From contig JAYZEG010000074.1 in assembly GCA_036337435.1 (NCBI GenBank), forward strand, positions 1 through 23,794: a stretch of 23,794 bases of DNA, given 5' to 3'. The DNA is from Myxococcota bacterium. GTDB lineage: Bacteria; Myxococcota_A; Bradymonadia; UBA7976; UBA1532. Made by a program: the position numbers and the translations under genes. Below the pieces are notes generated by a model that saw only the letters and a list, made by a program, of their open reading frames with translations, was not told the origin of the DNA and did not search any database. Each line of letters starts with the position of its first letter. Within the stretch, counting starts at the first letter, position 1. Below are positions 16,201 to 23,794 of this stretch, in pieces.

Positions 16201-19200
16201 CAACTTTTCGATCGATGTCCTCGATGGTTGATAACATCAACTCGAGCACATCCTGACATTCGATCCAATTCTCCTGGTGCATGTAAAGATTTTCAAGTGC
16301 TCGCATTGCATCCAGACACCTATCATCAAGACTCAGTGCCTGACGATACGCGTCGATGGCACGATCTGGAGAATGCATGCGTGTCTCCCAAAGCTCACCG
16401 ATTTGGAGATATTTCTCCATAATCTGCTCATCATCAGTCAAGATCTGAGCCTGATGATTCAGGATTTCGATGAGATCTTCCCAACGCGTGCGAACAGTGA
16501 ACAAACGCTCTAATGCATCGAGCACAGCAATGTCCGAGGGGTCCAAGAGCATCGCCTGGCGATATGCATCGACAGCTTCATCAGCACGGTCTAATTGAGT
16601 CTCAAGGAGCTGTGCCATCTTCTCATAAGCACGTTTGCGCTCATCTGGTTCGGCCGTTAATTCAACTTTTCTCTGGAGAACTTCGACGGTTTGCTCCCAA
16701 CTTTCATACCGTTCTAAAAGGACTTCGAGTGCAGAAAGTGCCTCCAGGTTATCTGGCTCAATAGCGAGAACATGCTGATAATGAATGGCGGCATTTTCCG
16801 CATTCTCGAATTTCTCATCCCACCAAGATGCCACCCGCAAACGCATGGGCACAGACTCGATTGTTTGACCGACTTTTTCGATCACGTTCTGGTAGGTCTC
16901 AATCAGCGGACCCCAACCGTCGCAGGCACCAGCAAGGCGAGCTAACTCACCCCCAAAGCGTTCATCGTCCAAGGTCGTCTCAAACGCCTGACTAAGAACA
17001 ACAAATGCGTTCTCAATACTCTCGAGCTTGACCTCGAAAATTTCAGCCATGCGGCTGTAGAGTTCAACCTGCTCGTAGCTGTCGTCAGCGAACTCTAATC
17101 GGCCAACCAGTAATTGAACCAATTCTTCCCACTTCTCGTCGGTCTCATAGGCTGAAACAAGCTGTTCGTATGCATCAATATTATTGGGCTGTACTTTAAG
17201 AATTGATGCATACGCACGGCGGCTGCCATCCGCATCATCTAACTGTTCCTGACACATTTCAGCCATGCGAAACAAAATGCTCACCCGGTCGTAGGTGTCG
17301 GCGGTGTTCTCGGCTTTTTGCTCAAGGATACCAACGCATTCACGCCAGGATTCAGTGGCCGTGTACAATTCTTCTAATTGGTCGATGGCTTCCTCATCAC
17401 CAGCAGCAAAAGCCAAGACATTCACCCAACATCCGATTGAATTTTCCGGTCTGTCGAGTTGTTCTTGATAGACTCGGGCGAGTTGGCGATGCAATTCAAG
17501 ACATCGGGGGTCATCCTCGGACAACAATTCCAGTAATTGAGCAATGGTATTGGCAAGCTGCTCCGAGTCATCAGTGCGTTCATAGAGTTCTCGAAGGGCC
17601 CAAAAGGTCTCCGTGTGAAAACCGTCGAGTTTAAGGACACGAGTGTAATACTCGATAGCCGACGAATCCCGACCTAAATGGTCGGCCAGAACCTGTCCCA
17701 ACCGACTACATAATGCCAACTCTCGTTCGGGCTGCTCATCGAGCAAAGCCAACTGCCTCTCGCAGACATCGACAAACTCGCGCCAGCTCTCATGTGACGA
17801 ATACAAAGTCTCCAGGGCTTCAAGGGCAACGGCGTTCTCACCGCTGGCCGCAAGGGCCTGATTCCAAAGGTCGATGGCATCATCAGCGCGGTCGAGTTCA
17901 TCAGAGGCTAGTACAGCCATTGCTGCGCATAGTTCTCCTTTGGCTGCATCACTCTCAACACCGTCCAATTGTCTCTGATAGGTGTCAAAGAGAGCCTCCC
18001 AATTCGCCTCATTTCTGTAGATGCGGACCAAACGCTCAAGGGTTGGAGCGTGTACAGGGTCGAGATCTAGAATGGCACGAAAGGTCTCCGTGGCCTGTCC
18101 AATATCCCCAAGCTGGTCCTGAAGAACAATTCCAGCCTTCGACAAAAATGATACGCGCTCGCTATCGTCGTAGGTGACCTCGACCAGGCGAATGAGAATA
18201 TCAACCAGCGGCGTCCAATCTGAATCGGCTTCGTATAGGTCGGCGAGAGCACTTAGGGCATCGACGTCCGATGGATCAAGCTCCGTAACCGTTGTCTCAA
18301 GAACGACTCTCGCGGCCGCTTGGTCTTCGAGTTTATCTCTGTATACGCCGGCTAACTCGATGGAAAATGACCGACTGAGTTCGGGATCTGAATTGTCGAC
18401 GAGTAATCCACTAAACACATTGGCCACATCTGCCCAACGGCCCGTGGATTCAGCAAGTTTAATGAATTCACCCCGGGCGTCTTCATCAGCCGGTTCGTTT
18501 CGCAACGCATCAGCGTACCAATCGAAGGCACGTTCGGGTGCATTGAGTTCGCTTGCGTTCAGTACAGCCAAACGATGGAGCGCAGCACCTCTGTCCGGCC
18601 CTTCCGTCGTGTAAGGCAGTAAGGTTTCCAAAAGCCCATTGAGCTTGTTGAAGTCGTTTTGTTCTACGTAAACGGGCTCCAAGAGCTCACCGATTTCAAT
18701 GTGTTCATGGCCCGCAGCAAACAATCGTTCTAGACCATCGATGGCTTCTTGATGGGCATCTCGGATTGCAAGTACATCTCTAAAGACTGCCAACGCTTGC
18801 CCAAAGTCATTGAGATGCGTCTCGTAGACAAGACCTAAGCGCATCAAAAGGTCAACGCGGTCTTCTGGCTCTACCCGCTCAATGCGCATGAGCAAGACGT
18901 CGGCCAAATTCTGCCAGGACTCCGTTTGCAGATACAAGCGGTCAAGTGCCGCTAAAGCATCTTCATAATCGGGATCGATTTCTAAGACCCGGACGAACTG
19001 GGCTATGGCCTGCTCGGTCTGTTTGAGTTCTTCATCGTAGACTCGAGCCATCCGCAGGTAGAAATCCCGCGCGACCAGTTCATTGGGGATCGCTTCGACG
19101 ATCTCGGCGAGCAAAGTAACGTAATCTATCCAAAGCTCGAGTCTGCTGGCCAATGCTTCTAAAGCATCAATGGCCGGAATGTGAGTCGCATCTTCTCGAA

Positions 19201-22200
19201 CGGCATCCCCAAAGGCCAGAAAGGCTGCATGGGCATCACCTAAATATTCGTCTTGGGTCTGTGCGATTTTGACCCGAACTTGAATTCGTTCATCAAGGTC
19301 ATCTGAGACAGCTAGAAAATCCTGCCAGACCGAGACCAGACGCGCATACTCGGCTTGCGCCTGAAGACAAGCTTCCAAAAGTCCAACAGCAATCGGGGCT
19401 TCGTGACCCGCGCGTACCATGGCTTCCAATGAACTCAAGGTCTGCTGATGTGAGGGAGCCTCTTCTAGGATTGCGGCATATTCACTCAATGCGACCTCGA
19501 CATCACCCAATTTCTGCTCATTGAGTCGAGCGAGCCTAAACCGGAGATCGAGCCTGGCTGAGTCATCTTCAAGCTGTGCTATCTGGAGCTCAATGATGTC
19601 TTTCTGGTCATCCCACTGTTCAAGAGTCTCATAGAGTTGGTCTAGACTTCGTAATGCGGTGAAATCTCCCTCATCCAACTCGATAATCTGCGTGTAGGAA
19701 TCGATGGCACCAACCGTATCTTCAAGCTGCAATTCAAAGGTACGGGCAATGGTGAAAAGAACGGATTTCTTTGCATCGAGCTCGTCGGCAATGTCCGCTT
19801 TTTGCCGCAAAACATCCAAATAATCTTGCCATCTCTCAAGCGACAGATACAAACGTTCGAGGGCATCGAGACATCGCTGATCTTTTTCATCGACGTCGAG
19901 GACCATCCGATACGCATCAATGGCACGTTCATTGTCTTCAAGCATCTCCTCAAAAAGACCTGCAACTCTGAACAAGTAGACCTTTTGTGACTCGATATCG
20001 TCTGTCGCTTCGACCTTTCGGATCAAAAGAGAAACCAACGACTCCCACTGCTCAGTCTTAAAGTAGATGGTCTCAAGTGCGTCGATAACGTGGGTTGCAG
20101 ACTCATCATTATTGAGCGCAATTTCATAGTGTTCGCGGGCAGACTGCAAATCGTCGAGCCGGCCAGCCAAGATATCTGCCAGACGAATATGAATTGCCGT
20201 TGCGATATCAACGTCTGAAATTTCGTAGACAGCCTCAGCATAAACGGCCGACAGCTCAGACCAAAAACTCAGTTGGTCCGCCAGTTCATCCAATCTCGAG
20301 ACTGTGGGCTCATCATGGGGGGCAATTTTGAATGCTCGAGCGTACGTATTGAATGCACCCTCGGCATCTTGGCCTTCGTCCAGCTGAAGGTGTGCAATCT
20401 TGTGCAACAACTCAACCCGTTGGGCATCGTCATCTGCCAATTCCTGACGGATCTCGTAGGTGCCTGCGAGATCTTGCCATTGATTGCCTTGTTCATAAAT
20501 CGGTGCCAAACAAGCGGCCGCTTCGCCTTTGAGGTCAGGATCGAGTAGCAACCGTTCCAGAGCGCGTCTGGCATCAATATTCTCGGGTTCGTCGGCAACA
20601 ACACGCTTATAGATCTCAAGTGCCTGCTCGCCTTCGCCCAGCTTCAATTCTCTCACCTCAGCGAGTTTGAGCTGGATAGCTGTCCTGTCAGAATCTTCAG
20701 CGCAGGCGAATTGACGCTCGTAGGTTTCAGCCAACTCAGAGAACATCTCTTCGTTACCATATAGCCTCGCCAACGCCGTCAACGCCCTCGAATTACTCTC
20801 ATCGGTCTCAAGAATGGCTGTGTAGACCGCGATTGCCCCCTGCCCGTCACAGAGTAGATCTTCAAATAATTCGGCGATTTTAAACTGAATTGAGAGCGAT
20901 TCATCAGCGCCATCACAAAACTGTAACTGTTGCTGATAGATTTCCAGCAATTCGGTCCACTGCTGACCCGCTGAAAATAAACGTGCGAGTTCATGCATCG
21001 CTGAGATGTCGGACGGTCTTATGGTCAGAGCTCGGCGATATGCATCAACCGCCATACCCAAACTATCCATTCGATGCTCATAAATGCCTGCCAGTCTCTT
21101 TAAAAGGATGCTGATGCGTTCTTCATCCTCAATTTCACCCAAAGCCATTTCCACCAGACGGGCGACATCAGACCAACGTTCTCCGGACTCGGCTAATTCG
21201 CAAAGTGTATTTAAGGTGTCTTCATCGGTTGGGTCAGCTTCATAAAGCCGGCTAAATGCATCAAAAGCACCCGCTTCGTCGTGGGTGCGTTCCAAACACA
21301 ACTGACCGATCTGCCGGAGAAGACCGGAGCGAGATTCATCATCCTCTACATCGTCTAATCGAATATTTAGGACACGAACTGTCGCCGGCCAGTTCTCCTC
21401 ATCGACAAACAGCGGCTCCAAAATCTGAGCCGCAGCCTGTCGGCCCTCGGTGTGCTCTAAATAGCTTTCGAGGACCCGACGGGCATGTGGATGCTGTGGC
21501 TCTTCGTTGATAATCAAGCGAAGTTGCTCGAGCCCGTCGTCAACGGCGCCCAAATGACTCAACAGAATTTCGGCAAGATCCAGGCGATGGCGAACGACAC
21601 CCTCCTGTTCCTCCGATTCTAGTGCGATCTCAAGCTGCAGGTCGAGTATGTCTCGCAGGTCTTCATACTGTTCGGTTGTCGATAGGAGTCGCTGAAGCGC
21701 ATTGAGCGCGTCCGAATCGGTGTTTCTGAGGCTCAGAATGGCACGGTATGTGTCGATGGCGGCTATGGCATCACTCAACTGCTCGTCATAGATTCGAGCC
21801 TGTTGCCTCATGACGGTGAGTTGCTCTTCCTCATCATCGAGCAAGATGCTTTTTTGTTCCAAAATGCCGAGCAAATCATACCAGCGCCCGCTTCGGCCAA
21901 AAAGGGACTCCACGGCGTTGAGCGCTGTCATGTTGCTGGCATCAGCGTCCAAGACGTTTTGATACTGATTCAAAGCGTCGTCCTGGACGTTCATTTCCTC
22001 ATCGAGGATTCGCCCCAGGGTGAGTTGAACTTGAATTCGATCGGCTTCATCGTCAAGGCTATGTAAGGCATCAACAAGAACATCGTGAACTGTGCCCCAC
22101 TGGTCAAGGGTTGAACCTAGGCGAAGAAACGCATCCCTGGCCTCACGATTGTTCGGTGCTTCGTGAACCACGTTTTGAAGCTGGTCAAATGCAGCCATTG

Positions 22201-23794
22201 GATTTCTAAGATGGATCTCTGCGAGTTCTGCCGCCTGCGTCATCAATCGGACGCGTTCGTCGGTATCCGTTTCATGGCTCAGGAGGACTTGAAGCGTGCT
22301 GGAGAGTTTTCGGAAGTCTTTCTTCTCTCGATACATGGGCTCAAGCATCTTCGCTGCGCGCTGATTAGATCCGTCGATCTGTAAAATCCGCTCAAGAGCC
22401 CGAACCGCTTTGTCGGTTTGTTCCAATTCGTCAATATACAAGTCAGTCGCTCTGAACAACAACGCAACTTTTGAGTCTTCGTCCGCCTGAACACCGACCT
22501 GCCCTTCAAGAATTCGAACCAATTCGGATCCATGTCCTTGCCCGATGAAAAAAGTGGACAACTCATCCCATGCTTGCAGATGAATCAAACTCTTCTTGTA
22601 ACTGTCGCGGGCGCGTCGATTTGAGGGGTCGGCCTCCAAGACGCCACGCCAAGCCACAGAAGCCTGCTCGTGATCATTGAGTCGGTCTTGAAATACAGAC
22701 CCGAGCTTAAGATTGAGTGATGCACGTTCCTCATCGCTTTCAACCAGCCCGATCAAATCATCGAGGGTCGATGCAAGAGAATCCCAATCTTTCGTTTGCT
22801 CGTAGATGGACACCAAAGCGCGCCTGGCATCCAAGTCACTCGGCTCCGTGTGAAGGATTTGTTCCCACAATTGTTGGGTGAGATTTGGCCGCCGAATTTT
22901 TTTGGCCGCGTAGTTGGCTAATTCCTTCAGAGACGCCAAAGCGTCCGCTGGTTCCAGCCGTTCCGCTAACCGAATTCGTGTCGCGATCAGGTTGTCCCAA
23001 TCTCGCCGTTTTTCATAAAGTTCGTTGAGTGCTTCAAGTGCATCAACCGAATCAGGATCCTCGACGAGGACGTCTTCAAACGCGGTAATCGCGTCCATTT
23101 GGTTACGCATCTTCTCCAGATAGACCCGTCCGATGCGCATCAACATATCGAGCCGCTCCGGGCCCTCAAGCTCGTCGGCTCGAGTCCGCAGCAACTCGAC
23201 TAAGTCAGGCCACTTACGCATCTTCTCGTATTTCTGGCAGAGCGCGTCCTGAGCCTCTCGATCTTGTGGGTCAAGCTCTAGAATCTGCGCATAGAGTGCG
23301 ATGACTTTTGCATCTTGGCGAAGGTGCTGACTCATGACAGCGACCAGCTTTTTGAGCCCAGCTAATCGTTGTATCGTCTCATCCGAGGGAATCGACTCAA
23401 CCTCAAGACTGAGGACATCGACGTATTCTTTCCATTTGCCATTCTGCTCGTAGGCTGTGAGCAAGGCACGACGAGCGTCTTCGTCATCTTTGTTGGATTG
23501 AAACACCTGACGCCAAAAATCAGCCGCTTTGTCAGGCCGTCCCAAGCGGGTCTCGGTCAAACGAGCCATTTCGCGTAATGCACTCAGTCGAGCATCTGCC
23601 GGATCCCCGCCGATGCGCTCAGTGATCATCTGCTGCGCATTACGCCATTTCTCACCCTCGAGAAGCCGTTGAATTTGCCAATCGGCGACTCTCTCATCAC
23701 CACTTTTCTTGGCCAAATCGCGAAGTTTGAAATCAACGGTTCGTGATTCTTCCAAGTGTGCGGCACCGAAAACAAGTCGATGTGCTTGTAATGC
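13274..23794 (-). CDS. Giant tetratricopeptide-repeat protein (>3,500 aa), resembling myxobacterial AgmK/GltI-type proteins; N-terminus lies beyond the window
   Basis: Uninterrupted ORF. The frame stays open from TTG23755 to the window end (ALQAHRLVFGAAH-LEE). Dozens of units of the type W.EL..L...ER..L..RLA.LYE..L.D...AI.AY..IL..DP....AL.ALE.LY. Non-repeat C-terminal domain ends ELILFSISTEYFGLRKALG. Confidence 0.88.
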   Translation of the reverse strand, partial: ALQAHRLVFGAAHLEESRTVDFKLRDLAKKSGDERVADWQIQRLLEGEKWRNAQQMITERIGGDPADARLSALREMARLTETRLGRPDKAADFWRQVFQSNKDDEDARRALLTAYEQNGKWKEYVDVLSLEVESIPSDETIQRLAGLKKLVAVMSQHLRQDAKVIALYAQILELDPQDREAQDALCQKYEKMRKWPDLVELLRTRADELEGPERLDMLMRIGRVYLEKMRNQMDAITAFEDVLVEDPDSVDALEALNELYEKRRDWDNLIATRIRLAERLEPADALASLKELANYAAKKIRRPNLTQQLWEQILHTEPSDLDARRALVSIYEQTKDWDSLASTLDDLIGLVESDEERASLNLKLGSVFQDRLNDHEQASVAWRGVLEADPSNRRARDSYKKSLIHLQAWDELSTFFIGQGHGSELVRILEGQVGVQADEDSKVALLFRATDLYIDELEQTDKAVRALERILQIDGSNQRAAKMLEPMYREKKDFRKLSSTLQVLLSHETDTDERVRLMTQAAELAEIHLRNPMAAFDQLQNVVHEAPNNREARDAFLRLGSTLDQWGTVHDVLVDALHSLDDEADRIQVQLTLGRILDEEMNVQDDALNQYQNVLDADASNMTALNAVESLFGRSGRWYDLLGILEQKSILLDDEEEQLTVMRQQARIYDEQLSDAIAAIDTYRAILSLRNTDSDALNALQRLLSTTEQYEDLRDILDLQLEIALESEEQEGVVRHRLDLAEILLSHLGAVDDGLEQLRLIINEEPQHPHARRVLESYLEHTEGRQAAAQILEPLFVDEENWPATVRVLNIRLDDVEDDESRSGLLRQIGQLCLERTHDEAGAFDAFSRLYEADPTDEDTLNTLCELAESGERWSDVARLVEMALGEIEDEERISILLKRLAGIYEHRMDSLGMAVDAYRRALTIRPSDISAMHELARLFSAGQQWTELLEIYQQQLQFCDGADESLSIQFKIAELFEDLLCDGQGAIAVYTAILETDESNSRALTALARLYGNEEMFSELAETYERQFACAEDSDRTAIQLKLAEVRELKLGEGEQALEIYKRVVADEPENIDARRALERLLLDPDLKGEAAACLAPIYEQGNQWQDLAGTYEIRQELADDDAQRVELLHKIAHLQLDEGQDAEGAFNTYARAFKIAPHDEPTVSRLDELADQLSFWSELSAVYAEAVYEISDVDIATAIHIRLADILAGRLDDLQSAREHYEIALNNDESATHVIDALETIYFKTEQWESLVSLLIRKVEATDDIESQKVYLFRVAGLFEEMLEDNERAIDAYRMVLDVDEKDQRCLDALERLYLSLERWQDYLDVLRQKADIADELDAKKSVLFTIARTFELQLEDTVGAIDSYTQIIELDEGDFTALRSLDQLYETLEQWDDQKDIIELQIAQLEDDSARLDLRFRLARLNEQKLGDVEVALSEYAAILEEAPSHQQTLSSLEAMVRAGHEAPIAVGLLEACLQAQAEYARLVSVWQDFLAVSDDLDERIQVRVKIAQTQDEYLGDAHAAFLAFGDAVREDATHIPAIDALEALASRLELWIDYVTLLAEIVEAIPNELVARDFYLRMARVYDEELKQTEQAIAQFVRVLEIDPDYEDALAALDRLYLQTESWQNLADVLLMRIERVEPEDRVDLLMRLGLVYETHLNDFGQALAVFRDVLAIRDAHQEAIDGLERLFAAGHEHIEIGELLEPVYVEQNDFNKLNGLLETLLPYTTEGPDRGAALHRLAVLNASELNAPERAFDWYADALRNEPADEDARGEFIKLAESTGRWADVANVFSGLLVDNSDPELSRSFSIELAGVYRDKLEDQAAARVVLETTVTELDPSDVDALSALADLYEADSDWTPLVDILIRLVEVTYDDSERVSFLSKAGIVLQDQLGDIGQATETFRAILDLDPVHAPTLERLVRIYRNEANWEALFDTYQRQLDGVESDAAKGELCAAMAVLASDELDRADDAIDLWNQALAASGENAVALEALETLYSSHESWREFVDVCERQLALLDEQPERELALCSRLGQVLADHLGRDSSAIEYYTRVLKLDGFHTETFWALRELYERTDDSEQLANTIAQLLELLSEDDPRCLELHRQLARVYQEQLDRPENSIGCWVNVLAFAAGDEEAIDQLEELYTATESWRECVGILEQKAENTADTYDRVSILFRMAEMCQEQLDDADGSRRAYASILKVQPNNIDAYEQLVSAYETDEKWEELVQLLVGRLEFADDSYEQVELYSRMAEIFEVKLESIENAFVVLSQAFETTLDDERFGGELARLAGACDGWGPLIETYQNVIEKVGQTIESVPMRLRVASWWDEKFENAENAAIHYQHVLAIEPDNLEALSALEVLLERYESWEQTVEVLQRKVELTAEPDERKRAYEKMAQLLETQLDRADEAVDAYRQAMLLDPSDIAVLDALERLFTVRTRWEDLIEILNHQAQILTDDEQIMEKYLQIGELWETRMHSPDRAIDAYRQALSLDDRCLDAMRALENLYMHQENWIECQDVLELMLSTIEDIDRKVDIYHRLASLQRESMQDVEGAVDTFRRIIGVRPGNVVAVESLEAIFSEQDRWDELVDLYSLHLQAISDAEYVQTVRTLMGDIIRTKLQDAAQAIDVLLPILDLKADDLPTVRTLAELYSEQEEWSQAIEMMVKEVDLQDDNGVRVDRMYAIGQIYHKKMGVLDSAEEWYRKGLDLDRNETRILAALKSIHVERGEWNEAIQILQMVEAASRQLEEKSQCFFEIGRIFEQHLDDKNMAIDYCEQAIDLWPDNVEAAHILIDVYWNDRQFARAEPLLDLLVEREANYEPQVAQDLNFRLGRVAQELRKTEKSLLHYRRAYELDSTHLPTLEGMGEILVEQEDWDRAFKIYQTVLVHHRENLDEARTADIFNRQGIIKLSVGEKRKALDFFRKALDVDPQHRPSLLAVANIHEGRGDWEDVVHYKRRVVDLLEPGIERTETRVVIGDILGSKLNNPKAALEIYQSLLDEEPGSKMLLGKMLGLHELAKNWTAAVDTLTQLAELEDNAARKAKYWCGVATIQQRYLEDRFLAVRSFDNALDADPTMLRAFEAIDQMLTEDRDYERQDRYYRKMLKRAMESQLDDKLIFSLAKNLGEINRSRLKRFDEAAKAYKIALTRKPDDPGITQILAQLYELDDDSSQAINQYQTLIQQDPKNIENYRTLKRLYMEADMLDEAWCVTQVLCFLDKASQEDRAFFEKYRNRTLRQMTKALDTGHWDVLKHPGKSSLMDLFFMKVAPHAMAPMSYTFKDAGVHKRKDLHDPNEKTPFNTVLNYVAQCLRTTRPECYKDPQNRPGLNVLNFNPPALAIGGDLSRGARMQELAFMAAKQMTLMGAQHILSSFDTSYEHRKERLKTTVYTVMKLVNQTANVKAHEDLLKDFAHTMQPADLTALDKLIKKMSANPTQHLDVSNWLEGLEHTLNRVGLLFANDLQSAAAVLKTETGNFSRAATTDRVRELILFSISTEYFGLRKALGFSIDSQD

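Noticed and set aside
1529..23578. Many 60-170 aa + strand and alternate-frame ORFs
   Set aside because: They are shadow ORFs lying within or antisense to well-supported genes, with no recognisable motifs.
13274..23794. DNA-level tandem repeats or a CRISPR-like array in the giant ORF
   Set aside because: The repetition is visible only at protein level. No identical nucleotide repeats with spacers were seen.

Overview
Gene-dense bacterial chromosomal window with no mobile element, CRISPR array, tRNA or rRNA that I can see. The gene content suggests a Myxococcota/deltaproteobacterium-like organism (inference from the Pkn2-type kinase and the giant AgmK/GltI-like TPR protein). On the + strand are an M43-like zinc metalloprotease (probably 5'-truncated) and a small coupled secreted protein. 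All other genes are on the - strand, in transcription order: a >3,500-aa TPR solenoid protein running off the window end, rsmI, an acyl-CoA carboxylase pair, tmcA, arsM, a 391-nt non-coding gap, a secreted coiled-coil protein, a KamA/EpmB radical-SAM aminomutase and a membrane Ser/Thr kinase. The best leads are the giant TPR protein (about 72-aa units, periodic ~16-aa inserts, and a C-terminal domain resembling a catalytically dead M48 peptidase), tmcA coupled to the carboxylase genes, an arsM with no other ars genes, and a possible protease-partner pair. No complete new system can be proven from the sequence alone.
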